Assembly (NCBI RefSeq): GCF_006345805.1
Contig: NC_043008.1
Span: forward strand, 496,001 to 560,000
Direction of reading: 5' to 3'
DNA: 64,000 nucleotides
From: Octopus sinensis
Lineage: Eukaryota
Part shown: in pieces, positions 1-12,470 of the stretch
Position numbering within the stretch: the first letter of the stretch is position 1
Layout: every line of letters begins with the position of its first letter
Translations under genes and position numbers: made by a program
Notes under the pieces: model-generated
Database searches by the model: none
Told to the model about the DNA's origin: nothing
Seen by the model: the letters and a program-made list of their open reading frames with translations, nothing else

Positions 1-215
1 AGAACGGCCGCCTTTCATACACCTGTTTGGTAGAGACATGATTCTCTTTCTCACCGATCTTTATTAAAATTGATCCGTTTTCCGTTCAGGTCGTATCTAT
101 GTAATTTCATCTCAGTCGGTGTGATAACGACGCCTAGAGAAAGAATAAAAAATAACAATCTCTTTCATTTTAGTAATAACAAAAGCCTGTCTCCAGTCTC
201 CAGTGAGGGAAGCCT

Positions 216-416
216 TTAAGAGTAGCAAGAGGCGCTATGGTATCTGTTTCCTTGGTTCAGTAATGTTGATGGATAGATACGAAGAAATTGGATGCTTAAC
301 AGAGACCGATATAAAAGTAGATAGATTTATGAATACAATATAACAAAACCCCACCTACTGCAGCTCTCTGTAGTCGGAATAAGTTACTGGCAAATCCTTC
401 TTAGGTTGCTCATACC
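216..416 (-). CDS. Speculative two-exon C-terminal fragment (exons 416-359 and 294-216)
   Basis: Minus-strand acceptor tttcttggtttcccaag, donor GTAGGT (358-353), 64-nt intron, acceptor tctctgttaag. Phases join to GYEQPKKDLPVTYSDYRELHIQFLRIYPSTLLNQGNRYHSASCYS*. No homology recognised. Confidence 0.15.
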
Positions 417-649
417 CTTGGGAAACCAAGAAACATAAAATATAATTTAATCTTAGAGAGTCTGCGATACGCCGCTTCCGTAGGAAATCATCGCACGCGC
501 ATACACGTACATTTGTTTACGTGTGAATATTTACATTTAGGTATATGTGTGAGGGTGTCTGTGTATGTGTATGGGAATGAGATTTTAAATATCCTACACA
601 CAATAACACCAGTATTGGGTTAGTGTAATATAAATATTGTTTATCATAT

Positions 650-675
650 ATAAATACATACATACATATATATAC

Positions 676-729
<54 letters not shown>

Positions 730-835
730 GTGTGTGTGTGTGTGTGTATGTATGTATACATGTATGTATATTATAAATATTGTTTATCCTATATGCATAT
801 ATATATATATATACATATATGTATATATATATATA
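650..835. repeat. Compound (CATA)/(TA)/(TG) microsatellite
   Basis: Direct reading of the repeat units. Confidence 0.95.
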
Positions 836-1347
836 GACATGATAAACAATATTTATTCATATATACATAAAAATATATAAAAACGAAGAAGTACTTGAGT
901 AAACATATATGTGTGTGTGTGTATATATATATCTATACACATAGAGAGGGACAGAAACACAGAGAGAGATACGTATATGTATTACGTATTTATATGTACA
1001 TATAAATACGTAGGAACACATATACTTATATAATACATACATCATATATATATATACATACATACATACATACATGCATATATGTGTGTTTGCTTATGCG
1101 TGTGTATGAAGAATATAGAGTTATTTCAAGAGAGGACAGAGGGGAGAGAGGAAGAAAGAGGAAGAGAAAGCGAGTGAGAGAGAGAAAGAGGGGGGAGGAA
1201 GGGAAGGAGAGAGGGAGATTGAGAATGAGAATCCATAAAATATTTGTTTGAGATTTTGTCAATGTGTTTGTGTTCCAGTTATGAATGTTTGCTAATTTTT
1301 GTGTATGCTTACGTGTATCTGTGAGTATATTTGGAAGCGTGTGGCCC

Positions 1348-2003
1348 GTGTGTGTGTTTGTGTGTATGTGTGTGTGTGTGTACGTGTGTGTGTGTGTGTT
1401 ATGTATTTTTGTTTAAGTGTCAAATCCTTCCATTTATCATCAACAATTCTTTTCCCCCCAACAAACCAAAGATTATTTGTCATATTTTTAATACCAAGCA
1501 TAGTTGCTTCGAACGTATACAATGTCAATACCTCTATCACAATTTTTCCACTATATTTTAGTATGGAATAAAGTCCATGATATATTTCAAATCCTTTAAG
1601 GTAGTGCTATCTTCTCTTCTCAGTGAGGGCGCGTGGCTTAGTGGTTAGGGAATTCGGCTCATGATCGTAAGGTTGTGAGTTCGATTCCCGGCGACGCGTT
1701 GTGTCCTTGAGCAAGACACTTTATTTCACGTTGCTCCAGTCCACTCAGCTGGCAAAAATGAGTTGTACTTGTATTTCAAAGGGTCAGCCTTGTCACTCTC
1801 TGTGTCACGCTGATTATCCCCGAGAACTACGTTAAGGGTACACGTGTCTGTGGAATGCTCAGCCATTTGCACGTTAATTTCACGAGCAAGCTGTTCCGTT
1901 GATCGTATCAGCTGGGACCCTCGTCGTCGTAACCGGCGGAGTCTTTAAATCTTCTCTTCTGAATTCTCTGCTTTTTGTTGTTGTTGTTGTATATATCTAA
2001 GAA
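1348..2003 (-). repeat. Arm 1 of inverted duplication (partner 3307-3620), interrupted by a SINE
   Basis: Reverse complement of 1348-1620 plus 1961-2003 matches 3307-3620 with few differences. ORF-track peptides IEVLTLYTFEA...KQKYITHT are shared by 1292..1540(-) and 3168..3644(+). Confidence 0.9.
1621..1948 (+). mobile_element. tRNA-derived SINE, family B, full length
   Basis: A-box GTGGCTTAGTGG, B-box GAGTTCGATTCC, CORE-like tgtccttgagcaagacac. 12-bp TSD ATCTTCTCTTCT at 1609-1620 and 1949-1960. Confidence 0.9.
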
Positions 2004-2114
2004 GTTATTATCAAAGAAAATTAAGCGTTACCATCAAATTCGCCAAAAGCGGCAACAACACCAAGATTAATATGCAATACATCCTTGTGTTGCTAAATAA
2101 AAATATTGGTTTCA

Positions 2115-2305
2115 TCCTTTGGCACAAGGCCAAAAATATGTGGAGAGTGTAAAGTCGGTTGCATCGATCCTAGTGTCCAACTAGTATCTATTATTCAATC
2201 GACTACGAAACGACGAAAAGCAAAGTCAACTTCGGCGGAATTTGAACTCATAACGTAAAGACAGATGTGCACGATGTCCTAACGATTCTACCAGCCCACC
2301 ACCCT
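2115..2305 (-). mobile_element. tRNA-derived SINE, family C (OK-like), diverged
   Basis: Contains ggcggaatttgaactc (reverse B-box) and ggcacaaggcc tail, shared with the other family C copies. Confidence 0.75.
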
Positions 2306-2366
2306 GATCTAAACAGTATACATCAGAATAAAATCAAGGAATATCAGTGTAATCCAGAATCAAGAT

Positions 2367-2412
<46 letters not shown>

Positions 2413-2452
2413 ATTACTGCAAATGTTTTTTAAGCAGTGTCAGAGAGAGAGA

Positions 2453-2503
<51 letters not shown>

Positions 2504-2778
2504 AATAGAGTTTGTGTATAATATATACGCGTATTTTCTTTCAATAATCTTTCCTACTATAGGTGCAAGGCCTGAAATTTTGGGGGCAGATGCCCTATTG
2601 TACAGAAATATTTTTATATGTAACACTATCCCATAAAACAAAAAAGAATAAAAGATGTACCAGTTGCGCACCAGACTCGATGCAACTGACGAGCCCACGT
2701 TCCCAAAATTCATTGTGGATTACGCCAGTCCTTGGAATATTAATATTCTTTTTCCTGTTCTCTTTAATAATCCTTCCT

Positions 2779-2984
2779 TCTATAAGCACAAGACCTGACA
2801 TTTTGGAGGAGGGAACTAGTCGATTACATCGACTCCGGGTCTCAGCTGGTACTTAATTTCTCGACCCGAAAGGCTGAAAAACAAAGTCGACCTCGGAGGA
2901 ATTTGAACTCAGAACGTAGCGACTTGTGAAATACTGCTAAGCATTTCATCCAGCTTGCTAACGGTTCAGCCAGTTCGCCACCTT
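2779..2984 (-). mobile_element. SINE family C
   Basis: gtcgacctcgggagaatttgaactcagaacg and ccagttcgccacctt head. Confidence 0.85.
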
Positions 2985-3018
2985 GCTATAGCTTTCATAA
3001 TGTTATGTACATTATTTG

Positions 3019-3200
3019 GGTGGCGAGCTTGCAGAATCGTTAGTACGACGGGGAAAATGTCTAGTGGCATTTCGTCCCTCTCTTCGCCCCTCATCATTTC
3101 TGCGTCGATTAACTAAATACCAGTTGCATACTGGTGTCGATGCAATCGACTTAGCTTTTACCTAAAATTGCTGGCCTTGTACCAAAATTTCAAAAGAATG
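3019..3200 (+). mobile_element. SINE family C, internally deleted
   Basis: ggtggcgagcttgcagaatcgttag head and ggccttgtaccaaaattt tail. Confidence 0.75.
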
Positions 3201-3306
3201 CATTTAGAATGTTTGAAATTTTGGGCAACAAGCATGGAGCGGGTCTGCTGCATATTAATCTTGGTGTTGGTGACGCTTTTGGCGAATTTGATGGTAACCC
3301 CCTATT

Positions 3307-3581
3307 TTCTTAGATATATACAACAACAACAACCACAACAAAAGCAGGAAATTCAGAAGAGAAGATGGCACTACCTTAAAGGATTTGAAATATATCATGG
3401 ACTTGATTCCATACTAAAATATAGTGGAAAAATTGTGATAGAGGTATTGACATTGTATACGTTCGAAGCAATTATGCTTGGTATTAAAAATATGACAAAT
3501 AATCTTTGGTTTGTTGGGGGAAAAAGAATTGTTGATGATAAATGGAAGGATTTGACACTTAAACAAAAATACATAACACAC

Positions 3582-3620
<39 letters not shown>
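3307..3620 (+). repeat. Arm 2 of inverted duplication (empty SINE site)
   Basis: Single copy of agaagagaagat at the position where arm 1 carries the SINE plus TSD. Confidence 0.9.
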
Positions 3621-3623
<3 letters not shown>

Positions 3624-4180
3624 GCACATATTTGGAGGTTGTAATAAAAAAAATCTGTGCCAACTTCACAATGTCCAGGTGCGAGTATTTTGAGTATTTT
3701 TCCTTTTAATATTTATTTATTGTATCTCTGTGTCAGTGGCACGAAAGGTGTCGCCTGCGTGGAGCTTCTGGTTATGTAAAGTGTGCTAGTTTATGTTCTC
3801 TACTGTCCCATTTTGTTTGTTTATTATTGAGAGAGAGCACGCGTACAAAGCATACACACACAGACGCATATATAATCTATCACATATATGCATTAACATA
3901 TACATATGTATATATACTTATGTATATATATATACATATATATGCACACATATATATATATACATATATACATATGTATATATACATATATATATATATA
4001 TGTGTGTATATAAGCTATCATATATATGCATATACATATATATGCACACACACACATATCTATACATATATACATATGTATATATATGTATATAGACATA
4101 TATATATATCAAAATTATGAGGTATATATATATATATATATATATGTATACACACACACTCACACACACATATATATATA

Positions 4181-4588
4181 TTACTCTTTACTCTTTTACA
4201 TGTTTCAGTCATTTGACTGTGGCCATGCTGGAGCACCGCCTTTAGTCGAGCAAATCGACCCCGGAACTTATTCTTTGTAAGCCCAGTACTTATTCTATCG
4301 GTCTCTTTTGCCGAACCGCTAATTGACGGGGACGTAAACACACCAGCATCGGTTGTCAAGCAATGCTAGGGGGGACAAACACAGACACACAAACACATAC
4401 ACATATATATATATATAATATATACGACAGGCTTCTTTCAGTTCCGTCTACCAAATCCACTCACAAGGCATTGGTCGGCCGGGGCTATGGCAGAAGACAC
4501 TTGCCCAAGGTGCCACGCAGTGGGACTGAACCCGGAACCATGTGGTTGGTTAGCAAGCTACTTACCACACACCCACTCCTGCGCCTAT
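4181..4588 (-). mobile_element. tRNA-derived CORE-type SINE, family A (OR-like), full length
   Basis: On the minus strand: head ataggcgcaggagtgg, B-box ggttcagtccc, CORE-like ccttgggcaagtgtc, internal microsatellite, tail gactgaaacatgtaaaagagtaaagag. Confidence 0.92.
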
Positions 4589-4622
4589 ATATATATATAT
4601 ATAATATATATATATAATATAT

Positions 4623-4721
<99 letters not shown>

Positions 4722-4775
4722 ATATATATAATATATATATGTATACACACACACTCACACACACATATATATATA

Positions 4776-5282
<507 letters not shown>

Positions 5283-5649
5283 TATATAATATTATATATA
5301 TATATATATAATATATATAATATATATATATGTACACAGCGATACGGAAAGAAACGAAAACGGTTCAAAATACACACACTTGATCATGTGAGTCTGGCAC
5401 AGATTTTGTTATTACAACTTCCAAATATCCAGACAGGTTTAAAACAAACCAGATCAGCGCAACTCTACCTTGCAAACACAGTCCAGACAAACAGACACCA
5501 CTCGAACATTTCAAAATAGTAAATGTATAAATAATCCCATTCGACCCAAAGACTGTTTGTTAAGATGCACCAATGCTGTAACTGAATGCAGAGGGATAGA
5601 AATTCCAGGTCCCCGACCCGGCGCACCTGGTCTGCCTATCTTTTTCTAA

Positions 5650-5853
5650 TTTAGGCACAAGGCCCGAAATTTTAGGGGAGGGAGCCACTCGATTAGATCG
5701 CCCCAGTACGCAACTGGTATTTAATTTATCGACCTCGGAAGGTTGAAAGGCAAAGTCGACCTCGGCGGAATTTGAACTCAGAACGTAACGGCAGACGAAA
5801 TAGCACTAAGCATTTTGCCCGTCGTGCAAACGTCTCTGCCAGATCGCCGCCTT
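5650..5853 (-). mobile_element. SINE family C, full length
   Basis: Complete match from ggcacaaggcccgaaatttt to tcgccgcctt. Confidence 0.9.
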
Positions 5854-5937
5854 CCTGGCCTGCCTATTCTGTGGTCTTCATCACAAACCACAGGCTTTCG
5901 AACTAGACTGTGGTCCTTTAATTAGTTTAGTCTCTAG

Positions 5938-6258
5938 AGTGTGGCCATACTGGTGCACACCGACTTGAAGGGTTTTCGTCGAACAGATCGACCACCATAT
6001 TCATTTTGTAAGTCCGGTACATATTTTATTGGTCTCTTGGGCCAAACTGCTCAGCTACGGAGACGTAAACAAACAAACACACACACACACATTGATATAT
6101 TGATAGCTGCAATGAACTTTTTTCCGTTTCCGTCTACTAATCTCACTTACAAGGTTTTGGCTAAGTAGAAGACATTTACCCAAGGTTTCACGCAGTGGAA
6201 CTGAACTCGGAACTATTTGCTTGGGAAACAAACTTGTTACCACATTATCATGCCTGCA
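5938..6258 (-). mobile_element. SINE family A, diverged
   Basis: gtggccatactgg...ccgtctac...cccaaggtttcacgcagtggaactgaac. Confidence 0.75.
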
Positions 6259-6332
6259 GATAAATGCAACATGTTCAGCGTCCCTTTTAGTCTCTTTTTA
6301 ACAAGTCCGTGACTCAATGTGTTCAGAGAAAT

Positions 6333-6730
6333 AAGACGGCGAGCTGGCAGAAACGTTAGCACGCCGGGAGAAATGCTTTGCGGTATTTCGTTTGCCGCTA
6401 CGTTCTGAGTTCAAATTCCGCTGAGGTCGACTTTGCCTCTCATCCTTTCGCGGTCGATGAATTAAGTACCAGTTACGCACTGGGGTCGATATAATCGACT
6501 TAATCCGTCTGTCTGTCCTTGTTTGTTCTCTCTGTGTTTAGCTCCTTGTGGGTAGTAAAGAAATAGGTATTTCATCTGTCGTTACGTTCTGAGCTCAAAT
6601 TCCACCTAGGACGGCTTTGACTTCCATCCTTTAGAGGTCGATAAATTAAGTACCAGTTGCGTACTGGGGTCGATCTAATAGACTGTCCTCCTTCCCCAAA
6701 ATTTCGAGCCTTGTGCTTAGAGTAGAAACG
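6333..6730 (+). mobile_element. Composite/dimeric SINE family C
   Basis: Two B-box/body modules in one insertion, flanked by a 17-bp TSD AATGTGTTCAGAGAAAT (6316-6332, 6731-6747). Confidence 0.9.
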
Positions 6731-6828
6731 AATGTGTTCAGAGAAATGGATCTATGACTTGCAAATAGTACTTTGTCAAACTGTAATCAAATCAGGATTG
6801 ACCTGAGCTAGGAAACAACAGCAACAAG

Positions 6829-7025
6829 TAGAGGCGCAATGGCCCAGAGGTTAGAGCAGCGAAATCGGGGTCGTAGGAACGCGGTTTCGATTCCAGACCG
6901 GGCATTGTGTGTGTTTATTGAGCAAAAACACCTAAGCTCCACGATGCTCCGGCGGGGGAGGAGAGGGTGAACCCCGCTGTACTCTTTCACCACAACTTTC
7001 TCTCACTCTTTCTTCCTACTTCTGC
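6829..7025 (+). mobile_element. SINE family B variant, 5' half
   Basis: ggcgcaatggcccagaggttag...ggtttcgattcc; matches the full copy at 33703-34087. Confidence 0.85.
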
Positions 7026-8520
7026 CACAAAGCAGAGGAACCATGGTGTAACCCACTATGGTGTGGTAAACTTTCAGTCCTTAGTCTAGATTGCGAATCC
7101 TCTGTACCCCAGGATGTTTCATCTCTCCACCCGTTAAAAGCCACCGTTTACGGGATGAGGATAACAACGTAGCTTTCGCGCCCGTGCAACCGCCAGTCTA
7201 TCATCACGCGTGGTGGGTGGATCTTCAAGTTGCCACACGCATTCTTAGTAGCTTAGGGTAGGCTTGGATTAGAGATTATCCTTTGTGACTAATGGCGTGA
7301 GTCCTGATTGGAAGAAGAAGAAGAAGAAGAAGACAACAGCAACACGAATATGTTGTTCAAAAGACCATCAAGGTTCGTGAAGCATATAACTGCCATAGGT
7401 GTGGCAGCTGCTACAACTCAGACGTGAAAACTCTAACATAAAAATGACGCTGAAATGATATAAACTATTAAAATTAAACTATATCTTACGCACGAAGCAC
7501 TTTCTGATACTCCCCCTATTCTCGCCCTCCCCCTCTCTCCACCGCCCTCTCTCACTCACTCCCTCAAAGTCCCTCACGTCTCCTCTTTCCATTTGCATGT
7601 GTTTGCAGGCAGGTGTATGTGCGTGCGCATCCATCCATCCATTCATACATCCATTTGTCCATCAAGCCAGTGAGCCAGTCACTATGTATGTATATATGTA
7701 TGTATATGTATGTATGTATGTATGTATACATGTATGTATGTATGTATGTATGTATGTATGTATGTATGTATGTATGTATGTATCTATCTATCTATCTACT
7801 TGTTGGTCTGTTCGTCTTGTTCTCTTACTCTTATCTCTGTCTGTCAAGCTGTTTTTCTGTTTGCTTGTCTGAAACTGTCTGTTTCCCTGTCTGTTTGTCT
7901 GTCTGTCTGTCTGTCTCGCTCTCTCTCTCTCTCTTTCTCTTTCTCTTGATGTATGTGTGTTGGCTGTGGGTGTGTGCATGTACTCGTGTTTGTTTCATTA
8001 AAAATACGACTATATTCCAGTTTATTTTTCATATAATAGATTCTTCATAGTTTTGTATCAGATTGATTACAGTGAAATCTGTTATACAAAAGATAAACCA
8101 GGAACATAATCGTGTCTTCAATAAAACCTGTATAAAGTGTATCTATTTATATGGGCCTTCGATCATGGACAGCAAGGTTCATCTCGTTGCAATTCGATCA
8201 CTGAAGGAAAGCGACTCCAAAAACCACGGCAAAGTATTCTGTTCATCTTTGTTCATAACATGTCAACTCATGACAACGAAAGAACGGAGAAAAGGGTACA
8301 CAATTACGAATACAAACAATAAGAAATAACAAGTGTTTTTCAACTGAGAACGAATCAAACTGAGCTGGCGTGTATGGAGTGAAAGCCTAAAAGAAGGAAC
8401 ATTGGAGATGGACCATAAGAGGTGTTGGCGGTCGTCAATCAGGCCAAGAAAGAAAGATCATAGCTATCCGATGAATATATTCACATACATACATACATAC
8501 ATACATACATACACACACAC

Positions 8521-8975
8521 GTAAAAGGTAAACAAAACAAGCCGGATATTGTTGTTTGGGACAGAAGTGCTAAGGGGTGTACCATCATAGAGGTCAGCTG
8601 CTCTGTAGACATAAATATCTCTTTGAAAATCAAAGAAAAAGAGGATATCTAAGGAGAATTGCTTCGAAGCCTCCCGCTTCTATATCCAGACTATGAATTC
8701 ATATTCATACAAATAATAATTGGAGCACTAGGTTTTGTTAGCAAATGCTTAAAGGAGAATCTGGATAAACTGGGATTTTGAGAAAGAGAAATTGACCGGT
8801 TGATTCGTACATTACAAATCCACTCTGTGAGTGGAACAGTAAAAGTATGCAAGACTTTACTCAAGTTCCGAAAGTGAATTTGTCTGCGTTAACTACATCC
8901 CAAAAATGGAGCCTTGTATCTTTGTTGGAAACACGGCTCCCTCCTCAGTGGAAGATTTATAATAATTAAAAAATA
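8521..8975 (+). mobile_element. 5'-truncated R4/Dong-like non-LTR retrotransposon: restriction-like endonuclease and 3' UTR
   Basis: 8521-8877 translates NKPDIVVWD...IIEVSC...KEKEDI*GELLRSL..LYPDY...IIIGALG..., a PD-(D/E)xK RLE motif with 2 internal stops. The 3' UTR has a GGAGCC/GGCTCC hairpin. Confidence 0.85.
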
Positions 8976-9989
8976 GAATACGCACACACACATATACACA
9001 CATACACACACACATACATACATATATGTATATAGGTATACATACACACATACATGTATATAGGTATACACACACATACATATATGCATACATACATGTA
9101 TATTGGTATAAACACACACAGCGACTAAAAAAAGTAAATGATATAAGACACAGGTCACATGTATGTATGCATGTATATATATGCATGTATACATGTGTGC
9201 ACACTATGTACATTTATGACTTCTCTACAATTCTGTTCTGAAATCTTCATAAAACAAAATATTTATTGGCAAGAATCCCATTATTAAATAACGTTTATAT
9301 TGAAGATTGCATGATATTATTTAAATTCCTTCATAAGTATATTTCTCCATTATATTACTACAGTATATCACTATATTTACAACACTGACCTTCCTCTAAC
9401 CCCCTTTCCCTCCTCCCGCCCACCCCTACAGGCGCAGACATACAATCGCTTTGTTTAGCCTTGTTTCTCTCTGTGTTATTACTACAGAAAACCAGATATA
9501 TTACAGTTTTAATCTGATATATATATATATATTAACATTTACAGCAATTTGTTCTATACGGAAATCGAAACTAAACTACGTTATGATATACTGGCAAAGT
9601 TCTGTTGTATTGTAATAGTAAAAAAAAAAAAGTCTCATCTAATAGTACATCTCACCAATGTTTGACTAATTATATCGCTCATCAGGTTATCAAGATGTAC
9701 TATTCAAGGCAGTGAAAAAAAACAAAAAAAAAACAACAGAACTAAGGTTCCGTTTGACTTGCAAGGAAAAGCTGCCAAATATCCCTCAAATCACAGTTAC
9801 AGTGTTAAGGAAAAGAAAATGAAAGGCAAAAAACAAAACAAAGACAACGAAGCAATAAAGATAAAAAAAAACAATAGGAAGAACTCATTAAATTGTTTTT
9901 TTTTTTTTCAGATATCCGTACATAAAATGTCTTTGCTATGCAAAGGTCTGCTTCATTATGACTGAGTTTGGGGGGGGGTGAACGGAACT

Positions 9990-10017
9990 AACCATCACCA
10001 CCAACACCACCACCACC

Positions 10018-10069
<52 letters not shown>

Positions 10070-10255
10070 ATACTACTACTACTGACGCAGTGCTGTTGCT
10101 ACAACTAGTGCTACTACTATCGCTACAACTGATGCAGTCGCTGCTGCTACTGCTGTTACCACCACCACCACCACCACCACCTCTACTACTAATACTAGTA
10201 GTAGAGTAGTAGTAGTAGTAATAGCAGCAGCAGCAGTAGCAGTAGTAGTTATGGT
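9990..10255. repeat. Mosaic ACC/ACT/GCT triplet array with strand flip at ACTAGT
   Basis: Direct reading. Confidence 0.9.
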
Positions 10256-11264
10256 TGCAACATATATTTTGACGTGCGTTTACATCTGGATTCATAGTGT
10301 AACACTTTATGGAACTCTAGGGCCGCTGCTTAGCAAAGCAAATTCAAAACAAAATCTTTCCTTTCCCCCAGCACTTCATCTACAAAAAAAAAATGAATAC
10401 TAAAAGAGGGCTTCGCTCCATCTCATGATGCAAATAAAGTTTTGGGAGGCCAAAACTAGGCGCAGAAAATTAATGATGCAGTAAATAACGCCATTTCGTT
10501 TGTTTTAGCTATTACTGTTGTTCTTGTTATGAATATATATTTAGAGCAGGTTTTCCACCTCCATTTCTCCACTACAACGACGACAACGATAATTACCACC
10601 ACCGCCGCCGCCGCCACCTACATTATCTCTTTTCCACCACTGACGGAGCTGAGACGAGAGCCCCTTCCTCAGTCTCTCCCGATGACGTCCATACCACCTC
10701 AAAAGTCGAGGAGGTGATAAGCATCTTAAAGATTTAAGAGAACGATTATAATCGCTCTGGGGGAACAAATTTCATTTTTTTTTTGTGTATTGAATATGAT
10801 TTGACAATTAGTTCTATGTAATTTGGGTGCAGCGAGTACGAATTTTTACTCGGTTTTGCACCTTTAGATCCTAATTTTGTCTGGTTTTGCTCCATCAGGT
10901 CCTTGTTTTGTTATATATATATGTAAATTTTATACAACCATATAAACGAGGAAATATCACTGACTTCGTAAAAAAGGATTACATAAGTTATTTGGCGTAA
11001 AACTGGGGTCCCAAGTTAAATCGTGGGTTCAACATAAAGCCTGCACCATATACATTAAAAAGCTGTAACTTTGGACGAAGGGCTCGGATTCAAAAATACC
11101 TTTTAGAAAACCGATAGTAAGTTTATGATTTCATAAAACTAAGCAATTTAGTCATTAGTATACTGTAACTTAGCTCAAATGTAATTGTGACTACGGAACG
11201 TAAAGGAACATTTACAGAAAATGTTTATTAGAATCTCTAATAAACTCTACTCTACTCTAGCCAC

Positions 11265-11460
11265 AGGGCCAGAAATTTTAGAGAAGAGACCTGTCGATTA
11301 GATCGATCTCTGTATGCAACTGGTACTTAATTTATAGACCTCGAATGGATAAAAGCCAAAGTCGACCTCGGGAGAATTCGAACTCAGAACATAGCGACGG
11401 GCGAAATACTGCTAAGCATTTCGCCCGGCGTGCTAGTGATTCTGCCAGTTCGCCGCCTTC
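11265..11460 (-). mobile_element. SINE family C
   Basis: Full body ending ccagttcgccgccttc. Confidence 0.88.
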
Positions 11461-11484
11461 TAAATTACTTTATTGAAAGCTTAA

Positions 11485-11885
11485 CCTTTTCTACTCTAGG
11501 CACAAAGCCCGAAACTTTTGGGGAGGTGGGGGCCAGTCGATTAGATCGACTCCAGTACGCAACTGCTACTTAATTTATTGACCCCGAAAGAATAGAATGC
11601 AAAGTCAACCTTGGCGGAATTTGAACTCAGAACGTAAAGACAGACGAAATGCCTATTTCTTTACTACCTACAAGGGGCTAAACACAGAGAGAACAAACAA
11701 GGACAGACAACCGGATTAAGTCGATTATATCAACCCCAGTGCGTAACTGGTCCTTAATTTATCGACCCCGAAAGGATGAAAGGCAAAGTCGACCTCAGCG
11801 GAATTTAAACTCACAACGTAGCGGCAGACGAAATACCGCTAAGCATTTCGGCGTGCTAACGTTTCTGCCAGCTTCGCCGCCTTCT
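11485..11885 (-). mobile_element. Composite/dimeric SINE family C
   Basis: Same two-module structure as 6333-6730, in the opposite orientation. Confidence 0.88.
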
Positions 11886-12169
11886 AAATTTCATTATTGA
11901 AAGCATAATAAGACATGAAGTAAGAGCGCAGTAAGCAAAAATAGGGCATAAGGAATATTTTGGGACCTGAGGTTTTGTATGTAAGCTGCTGAGAGGCTGT
12001 TAGTTTCGATTGGAGAATGAATTCAGGTGTGTTCGGTAGCGACGCTTGAAATCGACTCTGCCGCCAATGTAGACCATTACCTGGTTGGTTTGTGGTGGCA
12101 TTTATTCCCTGGTAATGAGAGACTACATTAATGCATAGACAGAAAACTCCGAGTGGACAGAGCTTCTTC

Positions 12170-12470
12170 TTCTTTTATTGATCCCGAAAGAAGAAAAGTC
12201 AAAGTTGATCACGGCAGAATTTGAGCCTATAACGTGAAACCGGAAGAAATGCCGCAGAGTATTAACTTTAGGCACAAGGCCCTAAATTTTTGGGGAGGGG
12301 GCCAGTCGATTAGATCAACCCTCAGTACGCAACTGGTACTTAATTTATAGACGTCGAAGCTATAAAAAACCAAGTCGACCTTAGAGGATTTTGAACTCAA
12401 AACGTAAAGTCAGGAGAAATTCCGAGAACCATTTTGTGTGGAGTGCTAACGATTCCACCAGCTCGCCGCC
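12170..12470 (-). mobile_element. Two adjacent diverged family C SINE pieces
   Basis: Repeated aaagtc..cggcagaatttga and ggcacaaggcc motifs. Confidence 0.7.

Noticed and set aside
1626-1700. tRNA-like heads (also at 6829, 33703, 49905, 22894)
   Set aside because: A and B boxes are present, but they continue directly into SINE bodies with TSDs and have no complete cloverleaf or acceptor stem. They are not tRNA genes.
7025-7310. GC-richer segment with hairpins (CCCGT/ACGGG) that might be a LINE 5' UTR with an HDV-like ribozyme
   Set aside because: I could not build the nested double pseudoknot by eye or link it to the RLE fragment at 8521. It needs a descriptor search.
8910-8950. Minus-strand CUGAGGA followed by a GGAGCC/GGCUCC stem
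   Set aside because: No GAAA after the stem, so it is not a hammerhead. Better explained as the LINE 3' UTR hairpin on the plus strand.
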